A stretch of DNA of 64,000 nucleotides from Parcubacteria group bacterium M6-OD1-1 (GTDB taxonomy: Bacteria > Patescibacteriota > Minisyncoccia > GWC2-36-17 > M10-OD1-4). The position numbers were made by a program, and so were the translations under genes. The DNA lies in NCBI GenBank assembly GCA_003056085.1, contig LSNK01000003.1, positions 2,744-66,743 on the forward strand, written 5' to 3'. The notes under the pieces were generated by a model. That model was not told where the DNA came from. It searched no databases and saw nothing but the letters and a program-made list of their open reading frames with translations. Below are positions 21,586 to 31,649 of the stretch, piece after piece (position 1 is the stretch's first letter; every line of letters begins with the position of its first letter).

Positions 21586-22329
21586 CTATACTTTCATAGA
21601 CTTTACTAAATATTTAACTTTTTTTTCATCTAATTCTGTAAAACTTCTGCTTATCCCGGAGGCAACCAAAAAACAATCCACAAGATCTACGTATTGACTG
21701 ATATTGTCAGCTGTTATGCCGCTTGCGACTGCGATTGGAAAATTCCCAACTGCATCTCGTATAATTTTGAGTTTTTTTGGTTCAGCTGGCATACCAGTCC
21801 CATCACCGCTTGTTGTTATGACATCCACAAACTCCGTTGCAAGCTTTGAAACTCGAGCAAGATCCAGTACTGGCTTTTGGTATTTGAAGGCTACTCCTCC
21901 AAAATAAAGACCATTCCAATCTTGTCTTTTTTCTAGCTCTTTTAGATTTTCTTTAGCATTAGATGCAGAATCCAAAAAACAGTTAATTCCTGCATTATCC
22001 ACCCATAAGCCTGATGCTCCAGACGGAACTTGTCTGATTGCATTTTTTGAATAGAGATCAAGACAATTTAAACCTATCCACCAATTAGGATAAGATTGAC
22101 GAATTATCTGATAAATACTCAATAATTTAACCGCAGACATTCTATGATTAATTAAAAAAACTCCATCCACTTCGGACTCTCTTGCTATCTTAACATTTCT
22201 TAAAGTCTGTTTTTGTGACTCTGCATGAATAACAACAATAAGACTGTTTTTGTTTTTAAACACTTCTTTATAACAAGACATATCGGTCTCCTTTTTAAAG
22301 TAAAAAGAACAATACCCACAACATAGCAA
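21586..22329 (-). CDS. BtpA/SgcQ-family TIM-barrel protein (start possibly at ATG 22281)
   Basis: LIVVIHAES...GVFLIN..., GGVAFKYQKPV, IAVASGITADNISQYVDLVDCFLVASGISR resemble the BtpA N- and C-terminal motifs. Confidence 0.4.
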   Translation of the reverse strand: MLCCGYCSFYFKKETDMSCYKEVFKNKNSLIVVIHAESQKQTLRNVKIARESEVDGVFLINHRMSAVKLLSIYQIIRQSYPNWWIGLNCLDLYSKNAIRQVPSGASGLWVDNAGINCFLDSASNAKENLKELEKRQDWNGLYFGGVAFKYQKPVLDLARVSKLATEFVDVITTSGDGTGMPAEPKKLKIIRDAVGNFPIAVASGITADNISQYVDLVDCFLVASGISRSFTELDEKKVKYLVKSMKV

Positions 22330-22411
22330 ATGAATCGCCTCCTGTAAACTAAACTAATTTATTTTAGGATTTAAAAAATCCAAACAAGAATGTTTGGGTT
22401 TTTTAAAATTT

Positions 22412-22486
22412 TGGAGCGGGTAGGGGGAATCGAACCCCCGTCTTATCCATGGCAAGGACATATAATAGCCACTATACGATACCCGC
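22412..22486 (-). tRNA. tRNA-Gly (GCC), CCA encoded
   Basis: Reverse complement GCGGGTATCGTATAGTGGCTATTATATGTCCTTGCCATGGATAAGACGGGGGTTCGATTCCCCCTACCCGCTCCA; anticodon loop TTGCCAT. Confidence 0.75.
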
Positions 22487-22570
22487 TTAGGATATTAATA
22501 GCTTATGGTTATTAGTGATTAGTATAAAAAATTACTAAAAACTATCAACTACAACCTATCTCCTAATTTG

Positions 22571-22646
22571 TGGTGCCCGGGGTGGGAATTGAACCCACGA
22601 CACCACGATTTTCAGTCGTGTGCTCTACCAACTGAGCTACCCGGAC
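22571..22646 (-). tRNA. tRNA-Phe (GAA), CCA encoded
   Basis: Reverse complement GTCCGGGTAGCTCAGTTGGTAGAGCACACGACTGAAAATCGTGGTGTCGTGGGTTCAATTCCCACCCCGGGCACCA. Confidence 0.85.
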
Positions 22647-22691
22647 AATTCTCTCATTAAAATTTTAAAACCTTTAATGAGAGGTTAAGTG

Positions 22692-22765
22692 TGCGCGCTG
22701 AGGGATTCGAACCCCCGACCCCCTCGGTGTAAACGAGATGCTCTAGCCAACTGAGCTAAGCGCGC
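22692..22765 (-). tRNA. tRNA-Val (TAC), no encoded CCA
   Basis: Reverse complement GCGCGCTTAGCTCAGTTGGCTAGAGCATCTCGTTTACACCGAGGGGGTCGGGGGTTCGAATCCCTCAGCGCGCA. Confidence 0.85.
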
Positions 22766-22924
22766 AAAAAGTATTAATCTACAATATATCACACAAAATC
22801 TCATTATTCAATACAAAATTCTGAATAACTCAACGCGTTGAGTTATTCAGAATTTTGTATATCTTTTTTGAAATACGAGAATAATAAGTATGGTGCGTTT
22901 ATTGTACCAAACTCGCACTTACTT

Positions 22925-23035
22925 TCAAAGCAACCACTGACGCACGCTCCGCGTGCGTGGTAATGCGAAACCAAGTCGTACGCTCGTAGAACGCCACAAT
23001 GCCCACCTCCGCTATCGTTACGGCAGAACCTCGCA
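22925..23035 (+). repeat. GC-rich structured element, copy 1 (ncRNA- or MITE-like); inverted copy at 32440-32640
   Basis: Shared blocks: gtggtaatgcg (22957-22967) equals the reverse complement of cgcattaccac (32557-32567). cctccgctatcgttacggcag (23007-23027) matches the reverse complement of ccgtagcgtagcggagg (32461-32477). A local hairpin acgcacg-ctccg-cgtgcgt is also present. Confidence 0.6.
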
Positions 23036-23121
23036 GAAATTTTCCCTTACAATTTTTCTTTTGTGAGAGCCTTTTTTTTAAAATCTAAAAAGGAAAGGGA
23101 AAATATCGACAAGTTCTATTC

Positions 23122-23208
23122 TGGTGCGCGGAAGAGGACTTGAACCTCCAAGGGATTGCTCCCACAAGCCCCTCAAGCTTGCGTGTTTACCGATTTCACC
23201 ACCCGCGC
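23122..23208 (-). tRNA. tRNA-Leu (GAG), class II, CCA encoded
   Basis: Reverse complement GCGCGGGTGGTGAAATCGGTAAACACGCAAGCTTGAGGGGCTTGTGGGAGCAATCCCTTGGAGGTTCAAGTCCTCTTCCGCGCACCA. Confidence 0.85.
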
Positions 23209-23252
23209 ATAACTTTTTTATTTTACGATTTTAATTTTAAAATAGCAAACTT

Positions 23253-23299
23253 TTACTTACTCAAAATAAAAATCCCGAGTAATCGGAATTTTTATTTTG
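23253..23299 (-). terminator. Long hairpin terminator after rplS (21-bp near-perfect stem tactcaaaataaaaatcccga / tcggaatttttattttgagta, GTAA loop)
   Basis: Inverted repeat with a single mismatch, immediately downstream of the rplS stop (23306). Confidence 0.6.
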
Positions 23300-23305
23300 A
23301 GTAAT

Positions 23306-23800
23306 CTATTTCTCCTCTTTTTTTTCTTCTTTAGACTCTTCTTTAACAACATCCTCTTTGGTTTTTTCAACAACTTCGTTTGTTTTTTGTTCTGCCTTAG
23401 CATCTTCTGATATTTCTTTTTTTGGAGCTTCTTTTATTTCCTCTTCATTTTTTAATTTTCTTTTAACCTCTTTCAGCCTTCCTCTTCTTCCTGTTGCATC
23501 TCTTATGTAATAAATTTTGGCTCTTCTCACTCTTCCGCTTTTCATTATTTCAAGCTTATCAATCACCGGGGAATGGATTGGAAAAATCTTCTCAACACCA
23601 ACACCGGAAGAAACTTTTCTTACTGTAAATGTTCCATTAATTCCATTTCCATGCTTTTTTGCAATAACAAGACCTTCAAAAACCTGAACTCTTTCTTTTG
23701 TTCCTTCTTTAATTTTTTGGTGAACTTTTACGGTATCACCTACTTTTAAGTCAACTTTGTTTTTCAGCTGACTTTCTGTAAATTTTCTTACTTTATCCAT
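23306..23800 (-). CDS. rplS: 50S ribosomal protein L19 with Lys/Glu-rich C-terminal extension
   Basis: KVGDTVKVHQKIKEGTKERVQVFEGLVIAKKHGNGINGTFTVRKV...RRAKIYYIRD; about 50-aa KE-rich tail. Confidence 0.9.
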   Translation of the reverse strand: MDKVRKFTESQLKNKVDLKVGDTVKVHQKIKEGTKERVQVFEGLVIAKKHGNGINGTFTVRKVSSGVGVEKIFPIHSPVIDKLEIMKSGRVRRAKIYYIRDATGRRGRLKEVKRKLKNEEEIKEAPKKEISEDAKAEQKTNEVVEKTKEDVVKEESKEEKKEEK

Positions 23801-23906
23801 ATATTTAAAATAGTATTTAAAACAATTAGATTTTGACGGTAAACCTGTTTTTCTAAATAAAATTCCGATGAAAATTATTTGAGAATAGGTCTAACATAGC
23901 AGATTT

Positions 23907-24851
23907 CTACTTATTTTTCAACCCCTCCAAGCACTTTTTTAAATCAACGGGTAAATCAGCAGAAAATTTCATCTTTTCTCCATTTGGCAAAAAAAATGAA
24001 ATCTCAGCTGCATGTAGAAATTGACGCTCAAATGGCAATTTCTGAAATGTTTTTTTTGATGTATATTTCTTATCCCCCACCACAGGATGTCCAATGTATG
24101 CAAAATGAACCCTTATTTGATGCATTCTGCCGGTTTTTGGCATAGCTTCAACCAAAGTAAAGTCGTCAATGTATTTTTTTACTTTAAATTCTGTTTTGGC
24201 TTCTTTTGTCTTTGTGATTTTACCATGCCTTCTTCCCTTCCCTAAAGCAACTTGTTTTGCGCCGGATCTTGCAATGGGTGCCGTTATCTCACCTTTTTTA
24301 TCTTTTATATTTCCAAATACTAAAGCTATGTATTTCTTTTTTAATTTTCTTTCTTTAAATTGATCTTTTAACCAAAAAAATATTTTATTTGTTTTAGCTA
24401 CAACCATAACACCTGATGTTTCTTTATCCAACCTGTGAACTATCCCCGGTCTAAGCTCATCTTCCCCCACATTTTTTATCTTTGGCCACTTTGCCAAAAG
24501 CCCATTTACCAATGTTTCTTTTTTATGAGATTTACTCGGATGAACAACCAAGCCTGCCGGTTTATCTATCACTGCAAAATCTTTATTCTCAAAGATTATT
24601 TTAAATTTTACATCTTTGTCCGGACTTACACTTATCTTTTCAGGGAAACTCAAGCTTACTTTTATATCATCTTTCTCTTTTAGTTTATAGTTTTTTGACA
24701 TTAAAAAACCATTAACCTTAACACCGCCATCTTCTATTAATTTTTGAAGATAACTTCTCGAATATTCTTGAAGTTTTGATGAAAGAAATTTATCAAGACG
24801 AGCTCCCACCTCATTCTCTGATATCTTAAAATCCAAGCTTTTTGTAATCAT
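23907..24851 (-). CDS. rluD: RluA-family 23S rRNA pseudouridine synthase (RluD-like, N-terminal S4 domain)
   Basis: HRLDKETSGVMVVAKT catalytic Asp motif; S4-like N-terminus; 314 aa. Confidence 0.8.
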   Translation of the reverse strand: MITKSLDFKISENEVGARLDKFLSSKLQEYSRSYLQKLIEDGGVKVNGFLMSKNYKLKEKDDIKVSLSFPEKISVSPDKDVKFKIIFENKDFAVIDKPAGLVVHPSKSHKKETLVNGLLAKWPKIKNVGEDELRPGIVHRLDKETSGVMVVAKTNKIFFWLKDQFKERKLKKKYIALVFGNIKDKKGEITAPIARSGAKQVALGKGRRHGKITKTKEAKTEFKVKKYIDDFTLVEAMPKTGRMHQIRVHFAYIGHPVVGDKKYTSKKTFQKLPFERQFLHAAEISFFLPNGEKMKFSADLPVDLKKCLEGLKNK

Positions 24852-25818
24852 ATTTCATAGCCTTTCTTACTTCCTTAAGAGTTTTTTCCGCCTCTTCGGA
24901 AGCCTTCTCTGTTCCTTCTTTTAAAATTTGAGATATATATTTTTCATCTTTTTCAAATTCTTTTCTTTTTTCTCTTATTGGATCCAAAAATTTATTTATT
25001 ACATCAGAAAGCCCTTCTTTAAACTCTTTGTACCCCAAACCTTCGTATTTTTTTTCTATATCTTTTATATCTTTTCCGGAAAAAAGATGATACATCATAA
25101 GCAAGTTTGCTAAAGCTAACCTCTTGTCTTTGTCGTAAACTATATCTTTTTTTGAATCTGTTACCGCTTTTTTTATTTTTTTAATAACTTCATCTTTTGA
25201 ATCCGATAAAAACACTGCATTATTTCTGGATTTTGACATTTTATTTTCTGCATCAAGACCCATAAGTCTTGGAGATTTTGAAATTAGAGCTTTTGGCATT
25301 TTAAATACTTCGCCAAATGTATTATTAAAAGTTTTTACCACATCTCTTGTTTGCTCTATGTGCGGTAACTGATCTTCTCCGACTGGAATTAAGTCAGCAT
25401 TAAAAGCTAATATATCAGCGGCTTGTGAGACAGGCATATTAAGCATCCCTAAAGACATCTTCCCCCCGGCAGTTGCCTGAACCTCTTCTTTTATAGTAGG
25501 ATTTTGCTGGGCGCGAGAAACTGTTACCAACATAGAAATATAAACAAAAAGCTCTGATAGCTGAGGAACTTTTGATTGTATAAATATATTTGTCTTTTTT
25601 GGATCTAAGCCGACCGATAAATAATCCAAGACTAATTCCCTAATATTTTCTTCAACCTCATCTGTTTCCATTCTGTCTGTAAGCACCTGAAAATCAGCTA
25701 TGATGTTAAACATTTCATAATCTTCATTTTGCAGTTTAATTCTGTTTTGGAGCGAACCGACATAGTGCCCCAAGTGTAAAGGACCAGTTGGTCTATCGCC
25801 TGTTAAAATTCTTTTCAT
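24826..25818 (-). CDS. trpS: Tryptophanyl-tRNA synthetase
   Basis: TGDRPTGPLHLGHYVG (HIGH), KMSKS, 330 aa. Confidence 0.88.
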   Translation of the reverse strand: MKRILTGDRPTGPLHLGHYVGSLQNRIKLQNEDYEMFNIIADFQVLTDRMETDEVEENIRELVLDYLSVGLDPKKTNIFIQSKVPQLSELFVYISMLVTVSRAQQNPTIKEEVQATAGGKMSLGMLNMPVSQAADILAFNADLIPVGEDQLPHIEQTRDVVKTFNNTFGEVFKMPKALISKSPRLMGLDAENKMSKSRNNAVFLSDSKDEVIKKIKKAVTDSKKDIVYDKDKRLALANLLMMYHLFSGKDIKDIEKKYEGLGYKEFKEGLSDVINKFLDPIREKRKEFEKDEKYISQILKEGTEKASEEAEKTLKEVRKAMKYDYKKLGF

Positions 25819-25828
25819 ATTTTAAATA

Positions 25829-26644
25829 TTAACTTTTATTATACCACTTCCAGACATACTTCAGATAACTATATATATGAACTCTTGTCAACTCACTTTT
25901 AAAAACATCAAAAAAACCAAGACCGTTATAAGAACCTCTCATATGATGATGGATAAACTCAGCCATCGGATAATAAACAACCCTAAAACCATTTTTTTTA
26001 AATCTCCTGCAAAGATCAACATCTTCAAAATACATAAAAAATCTATCATCAAAATAAGTGCCAACTTTATTTAATCTGCTTCTTTTCATTAAAAATGCTG
26101 AACCCATAAGCCAATCAACTTCCAATGGCTCTTTTACATTTTTTTTATCTTCGTATTTAAACCTATTTATTGCCTTTTTTCCGATGTTGGTTTTCCCAAA
26201 AAGAGTTCTTCTCGCCAAGACAGTCATAAATGTATAATTTCTAAAATAGTTTTGCTGGAAAGATGCGTCTTTATTTGTAAGTCTTGGGCTTAATACTCCT
26301 ACATCTTCATTTTTTTTAAGATAATCCATCATTTCAGAAATATTACTGCTTCTTTTTTTAAAAAGAATATCCGCATTTATAATAAAGATGTAATCTCCAT
26401 TCGTTTCTTTTATTACAGGATTTACTATTTTTGAAAAACCTAAATTATCTTTATTTTTGATGAACCTCACTTCCGGATATTCTTTCTCCATTTCAGAAAT
26501 CTTTTTAAAATCGGTATTGCTGTCTGCAACAGAAACATCATAATCAATGTCTTCTATATTTTTTTTTATAGAATCCAAACACATCCTCAATATTTCATGA
26601 GTTTTGTAATGGGTTACTATTATGTTTAAGATTTTCTGATTCAT
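25829..26644 (-). CDS. Family-2 glycosyltransferase
   Basis: N-terminal GT2 Rossmann core (IIVTHYKTHEILRMCLDSI...VADSNTD), DxD-like region. Confidence 0.7.
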   Translation of the reverse strand: MNQKILNIIVTHYKTHEILRMCLDSIKKNIEDIDYDVSVADSNTDFKKISEMEKEYPEVRFIKNKDNLGFSKIVNPVIKETNGDYIFIINADILFKKRSSNISEMMDYLKKNEDVGVLSPRLTNKDASFQQNYFRNYTFMTVLARRTLFGKTNIGKKAINRFKYEDKKNVKEPLEVDWLMGSAFLMKRSRLNKVGTYFDDRFFMYFEDVDLCRRFKKNGFRVVYYPMAEFIHHHMRGSYNGLGFFDVFKSELTRVHIYSYLKYVWKWYNKS

Positions 26645-26650
26645 TTTAAA

Positions 26651-27376
26651 CTAATTTTTATTTAAGAAGATGTCTCTTGCTATTTTATTTGCTTCAAACA
26701 AAGATTCAAATGTCCCGGCATCTGTCCAAGCTCCTTTCAATAAAGAAAAATTCATCAACTTTTCTTTAATATAAAAATTATTTACATCTGTTATTTCAAG
26801 CTCCCCCCTTTCTGAAAGAGAAAGTTTTTTTACAAAATTAAACACATTATTATCATACATATAAAGTCCGGCAACCGCTAAATTTGTTTTTGGATTTTTC
26901 GGTTTTTCTTCCACATTTACAATATATCCCTCATTAATCTCCGCAACACCAAATCTATTTGCATCCTCAACTTCTTTTAAGAAAACTTTGGCTCCATTTT
27001 TTTGTTTTTCAAATTCTAAAACTGCCTCTGTTATATCATCTTCAAAAATATTATCTCCCAAAATAACCGTGATTTTATCATTTCCGGCAAAATCTTCACA
27101 TAAACTTAAAGCATCTGCCACACCAAGAGCTTCTTTTTGAACCCCATAAGACAATTTTACATTAAATTCTTCCCCAGAACCAAGTAAATCCAAAAAATGC
27201 CCTGTATGATTGTCACTGGAAATTATCATAATATCATCTATGCCGGCTTTTGCTAAAGTATTTAAAGGATAATAAATCATCGGATACTTATATATCGGCA
27301 AAAGATGTTTGTTTGTAACTTTTGTTAAGGGGTGAAGCCTGCTTCCCGTACCACCCGCTAAAATAATTCCTTTCAT
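26651..27376 (-). CDS. rmlA: Sugar-phosphate nucleotidyltransferase (RmlA-like glucose-1-phosphate thymidylyltransferase, short form)
   Basis: MKGIILAGGTGSRLHPLT signature; 241 aa. Confidence 0.75.
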   Translation of the reverse strand: MKGIILAGGTGSRLHPLTKVTNKHLLPIYKYPMIYYPLNTLAKAGIDDIMIISSDNHTGHFLDLLGSGEEFNVKLSYGVQKEALGVADALSLCEDFAGNDKITVILGDNIFEDDITEAVLEFEKQKNGAKVFLKEVEDANRFGVAEINEGYIVNVEEKPKNPKTNLAVAGLYMYDNNVFNFVKKLSLSERGELEITDVNNFYIKEKLMNFSLLKGAWTDAGTFESLFEANKIARDIFLNKN

Positions 27377-27413
27377 ATTTTTTAAAAACCTACTCTTAGA
27401 AAATAGTTTATGT

Positions 27414-28244
27414 CTATTGTGTGGGAGTTGGTTTATATTTTTTTAATATTTCTTTTACAGCTTTGTGTATTTCCGGAATTTCTATTCCTTCATTTTTTAG
27501 CTTATCAGTATTTAAAACACAATTTGACCTTCCTGCTTTTGTATTTAAATCTTCTGTGTTTATTATTTGATACCTAAATTCCTGGTCAACCAACTCCTTA
27601 TACATTTCCAATATTTCTTTATGTGTTATGCTTCCAGGATTTGTAACGTTGTATATTCCTGTTTTTCTCTTTTTTACAAGCTGAATTACGGCAAATATCA
27701 AATCGTCAATAACCGTCATAGAATTTGGTTCATTTATGACTTTTTTGTAATTTGTTATCTTGGTGATAAAATTTCTGGGACCGCTCTCACTATCAAGAGG
27801 CATCCTTAAACGCGCCTGAAGAACCTGAAAATTATTTAACATATATTCTGAAACAAATTTAGTTAAAGAATAAAAACTCGGCATAGATGCAATTTCCGGA
27901 ACATCATCCTCAGAAAATCCTTTCCCATCATTATCACCCTGATATATGCAGCCGGAGCCCAAATGAACCATAAAAATATCTTTTTCAAAACATACTTTTG
28001 CAAGGACTAAAGGACCGGTAAGATTTGAATACATCGTCTCATCTTTATTGTCCTCACACCAATCAATGTTTGGTTTTCCTGTTTTCCCGGCGCAGTTTAT
28101 TACAATTTCCGGTTTTTTATCTTCTAAAACATTTCTTAATTTTTCTATATTTCCTATATCAACAGAAGCTACCTCAGCTTCATCTGCTAAAAAATCCTTA
28201 AACTTATTTCCCAAATAACCATTTCCAAATATTAAATACTTCAT
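27414..28244 (-). CDS. rmlD: NAD(P)-dependent sugar-nucleotide reductase (dTDP-4-dehydrorhamnose reductase RmlD-like)
   Basis: N-terminal GxGxxG (IFGNGYLG); 276 aa; context beside rmlB/rmlA. Confidence 0.55.
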   Translation of the reverse strand: MKYLIFGNGYLGNKFKDFLADEAEVASVDIGNIEKLRNVLEDKKPEIVINCAGKTGKPNIDWCEDNKDETMYSNLTGPLVLAKVCFEKDIFMVHLGSGCIYQGDNDGKGFSEDDVPEIASMPSFYSLTKFVSEYMLNNFQVLQARLRMPLDSESGPRNFITKITNYKKVINEPNSMTVIDDLIFAVIQLVKKRKTGIYNVTNPGSITHKEILEMYKELVDQEFRYQIINTEDLNTKAGRSNCVLNTDKLKNEGIEIPEIHKAVKEILKKYKPTPTQ

Positions 28245-28248
28245 TTTT

Positions 28249-29205
28249 TTAAATATTAATTTTACCGTCTTTATACCAATCTATCGTTTTTTTTATTCCC
28301 TCCTCAAAAGAAATTTCCGGCTCCCAACCAAACTCTTTTTTTGCTCTTGAAAAATCTATGGCATACCTTCTGTCATGTCCCGGTCTGTCATCCACAAACT
28401 TTTTTAAGCTTTCCGGTTTTTCCAAAAGCTTCAAAATTGTATCTGCCATTTCTATTGCATTTATTTCAGTATTTCCGCCAAAACAATAACTTTCTCCTAT
28501 TTTACCATTATGTAAAACCAAGTCTACACCACGACAATGATCTTTGACAAATAGATAATCTCTCACGCACTTTCCATCTCCATAAATAGGCAATCGCTTG
28601 TCTCTTAAAGCATTCAGTATAAAAAGAGGTATTATTTTTTCTGAAAATTGAAAAGGACCATAATTGTTTGAACAATTTGATATTGTTATCGGTAAATTAT
28701 AAGTATGATAATACACCCTAACTAAATGATCCGATGATGCCTTGGAAGCGGAATAAGGACTTCTTGGGTCATAAGGAGAATTTTCATCAAACTTACTTCC
28801 GTTTAAATCTAAAGCGCCGAAAACCTCATCGGTGGATATATGATGAAATCTTTTTTTATTATTTTTTAAAGCCGCTTTAAGAAGGGTGTGTGTTCCTATT
28901 ATGTTCGTTTTAAGAAATATATCCGGTTCTTCTATGCTATTGTCAACATGGCTTTCTGCAGCAAAATGAACAATTATATCACTTTCGGAAACTATTTTAT
29001 CTACTAAACTTTCGTCACATATATCGCCTTTTATAAACTGATATCTATCTTTAAATTTTTCTTCTGCTTCTTTAAGATTTTTAAGATTAGCGGCATAAGT
29101 TAACTTATCCAAATTTACAATTTTGTAATTTGAATATTTTTTGAGCATATATAAGATAAAATTAGAACCTATAAAGCCGGCTCCTCCTGTTACTAATATT
29201 TTCAT
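28249..29205 (-). CDS. rmlB: dTDP-glucose 4,6-dehydratase
   Basis: MKILVTGGAGFIGSNF, HFAAESHVDNSI, catalytic YxxxK region; 318 aa. Confidence 0.85.
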   Translation of the reverse strand: MKILVTGGAGFIGSNFILYMLKKYSNYKIVNLDKLTYAANLKNLKEAEEKFKDRYQFIKGDICDESLVDKIVSESDIIVHFAAESHVDNSIEEPDIFLKTNIIGTHTLLKAALKNNKKRFHHISTDEVFGALDLNGSKFDENSPYDPRSPYSASKASSDHLVRVYYHTYNLPITISNCSNNYGPFQFSEKIIPLFILNALRDKRLPIYGDGKCVRDYLFVKDHCRGVDLVLHNGKIGESYCFGGNTEINAIEMADTILKLLEKPESLKKFVDDRPGHDRRYAIDFSRAKKEFGWEPEISFEEGIKKTIDWYKDGKINI

Positions 29206-29209
29206 AATG

Positions 29210-30136
29210 TTATTTTTTAAACTTTCCGAAATTTCCCTTGTAAAAATCTTCTATGCCCCGCATTATCATTTGAGCCGATTTTCTTTTTTTGGAGATTACA
29301 GCAAATTTTAATATTTGCTTCAAATAAAGATAAAAACTCCAAAAATATACTCCCCACAAAACAATTAATGGCGCGTTTCTTTTAGAAAGTAAAATTGCAT
29401 TTCTAACATGATAATAATGAACTTCAGGACGCGTCATAGCTTTAAATGTGGAACGCGAAACTTTATGCCAAATATGCGCTGAAGGAACATATAAAAGTTC
29501 AAACCCTGCATTTTTTGCCCTTAAACTAAAATCAGTATCTTCATAATACATAAAAAAACTTTCTTCCAAATACCCTATCTTTTCAATAACTTCTTTTTTT
29601 ATAAGCATCGCGCATCCGGAAACATATTGAGTTTTTTTTATTTTACTCTCTTTAGGATTTTTATCCACTTCTTCATACTGTAAAGGTCTGCCTCCACCCA
29701 TCCATGAAAATTTGCAAACTGCATGCCATATAACATTTGGTTTATCATAAAAATATATTTTTGGAGCCAAAATTCCGCTTTTTTTATTATTTTCCGCCAC
29801 TTCAATGAGCTTGTCCAAAAAATCTTCTTTTACCTCCGTGTCATTATTTAAAAGCAAAAAGTAGTCAAACTCATCTTTAAATGCTTTTTTCAATGCAATG
29901 TTGTTTCCTGCGCTAAAACCCGTATTTTCCTGATTTTTTATAAATTCTATTTTTAAATCAGAATTTTTTAAACAATACTCTTCTAAAATATCTTGAGACT
30001 TCTTCTCTGAATTATTATCAACTAAAAAAATCTTATAATTAGGATAATTAATCCTCTTTAAACTTTCTATACACGAAATAGTATCTTCTTCTCCATTCCA
30101 ATTTAAAATAATAATAGCGACAGAATGATAATTCAT
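29210..30136 (-). CDS. Family-2 glycosyltransferase
   Basis: IIILNWNGEEDTISCIESL...KIFLVDNNS GT2 core; 308 aa. Confidence 0.7.
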   Translation of the reverse strand: MNYHSVAIIILNWNGEEDTISCIESLKRINYPNYKIFLVDNNSEKKSQDILEEYCLKNSDLKIEFIKNQENTGFSAGNNIALKKAFKDEFDYFLLLNNDTEVKEDFLDKLIEVAENNKKSGILAPKIYFYDKPNVIWHAVCKFSWMGGGRPLQYEEVDKNPKESKIKKTQYVSGCAMLIKKEVIEKIGYLEESFFMYYEDTDFSLRAKNAGFELLYVPSAHIWHKVSRSTFKAMTRPEVHYYHVRNAILLSKRNAPLIVLWGVYFWSFYLYLKQILKFAVISKKRKSAQMIMRGIEDFYKGNFGKFKK

Positions 30137-30145
30137 TTTAAAATT

Positions 30146-31351
30146 TTAAATTTTTATCTTCAAAAACCTTCTTTTTCCAACTTGAATTATTTCTCCACCC
30201 TTAAATAATACAACATTTTCTTTTGTATCTTTATGAACTTCATCATTTATTTTCACTCCTCCCTGCTCTATTAAGCGTCTTGCATCCGACTTGCTTTTTG
30301 CAAGTTTTGTTTCTGCGAGAAGCTCGGCAAGAGAAATTTCTTTTTTAGAAAGTTTGTATTCTTCAACATCCGTTGGTATTTCTTTTTTTGAAAAAACTTT
30401 TATAAATTCTTCTTTTGCTTTTTCCCCGGCTTTTTTTGAATGATAAATACCGACGATTGTTTCTGCTAATTCCAACTTAATATCTCTTGGGTTTTCACCG
30501 CTTTTTAATCTTTCCGAAATCTTTTTTATTTCATTCTGTGTCGCTTCAGTACAGAGCAGGAAATATTTTTCTATTTGGAAATCTTGTATTAACATTACCT
30601 TTTCAAAAATTGAAAATGGTTTTTCTCCGATACTAATATAATTTCCAATACTTTTTGACATTTTTTTAACACCATCAGTTCCTTCAAGCAAAGGAGTGGT
30701 TAATATATCCTGCTCTGGCATGTTGTAATGTCTTTGCACCCTTCTACCCATTAAAAGATTAAAAAGCTGATCAGTTCCTCCAATTTCAACATCGGCTTTT
30801 ATTTTAACGGAATCATATCCTTGAAATAAAGGATACAGTGTTTCAGTCAGTGTTATATCATTCCCTTCTTTAATTCGTTTTTTAAAATCTGATCTCCTCA
30901 AAATCTGCTGAATACTTCCTGCCATTGAGAGTTGAAACATCGTCTCTACTCCCTCTTTTAAAAACCATTCGCTATTGTAATGCACCTCTACTTTTTTTAA
31001 ATCTAATATTTTTTCTGCATGTTCTAAATAATTTTCCATATTCTTTTTGATTTCCTTATCAGTCAGTGGTTTTCTCATTTCATTTCTACCGGTAGGATCA
31101 CCTATTTTTGCAGTAAAATCACCTATTATTAATACAACTTTATGTCCAAGATCTTGAAACTGTTTTAATTTTCTCAATGGAACAGAATGTCCAAGATGTA
31201 AGTCAGGAGCAGTAGGGTCCACACCAAACTTTATCCTTAATTGTTTTTTAGAAAGCAAAGCATTTTTTAAATGCTCCTTTTCTATAACATCCTCCACGCC
31301 ACGAAAAAGGACTTCATCTATTATTTTTTCATCAGTAATTATTTTAGACAT
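30146..31351 (-). CDS. tyrS: Tyrosyl-tRNA synthetase (with C-terminal S4 domain)
   Basis: DPTAPDLHLGHSVP (HIGH), KMSKSIGN, 401 aa. Confidence 0.9.
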   Translation of the reverse strand: MSKIITDEKIIDEVLFRGVEDVIEKEHLKNALLSKKQLRIKFGVDPTAPDLHLGHSVPLRKLKQFQDLGHKVVLIIGDFTAKIGDPTGRNEMRKPLTDKEIKKNMENYLEHAEKILDLKKVEVHYNSEWFLKEGVETMFQLSMAGSIQQILRRSDFKKRIKEGNDITLTETLYPLFQGYDSVKIKADVEIGGTDQLFNLLMGRRVQRHYNMPEQDILTTPLLEGTDGVKKMSKSIGNYISIGEKPFSIFEKVMLIQDFQIEKYFLLCTEATQNEIKKISERLKSGENPRDIKLELAETIVGIYHSKKAGEKAKEEFIKVFSKKEIPTDVEEYKLSKKEISLAELLAETKLAKSKSDARRLIEQGGVKINDEVHKDTKENVVLFKGGEIIQVGKRRFLKIKI

Positions 31352-31425
31352 ACATTTAAATTAACATATTTAAATGCTTAAAATCAAATATATAAAACTC
31401 CTTAAATTTAAAATAAGGAGTTTTA

Positions 31426-31649
31426 TGTGCCTCTATTTTACCAAATCCGAACCTATTTTCAAAACAAACACCGCACGAAAGATAAAAGAAAGATTTCCCA
31501 TTCTTAAAAAACACTACTGGGGTACAGATAGTCTTTGGTCGGCAGGCTACTTTGTTTCTACCGTTGGAATTACCACGGATACAATTAAACGTTATATTGC
31601 AAAACAAGGAGACCTTGATACAGGTCAAACAGCTACTCTGTTTGACTGA
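31426..31649 (+). pseudogene. tnpA: IS200/IS605-family TnpA (Y1 transposase) C-terminal remnant
   Basis: KERFPILKKHYWGTDSLWSAGYFVSTVGITTDTIKRYIAKQ matches the IS200 TnpA C-terminus (EFPxLKKxYWGxxxWSxGYFxxTVG). The N-terminal HxH/Y1 catalytic half is absent, and about 700 bp of non-coding DNA follows. Confidence 0.65.

Noticed and set aside
31356-31628. ORF 31356..31628 (-) and N-terminal part of 31374..31649 (+)
   Set aside because: Only the 3' portion of the plus-strand ORF (from about 31426) shows IS200 TnpA similarity. The remainder is AT-rich leader, and the minus ORF is antisense.
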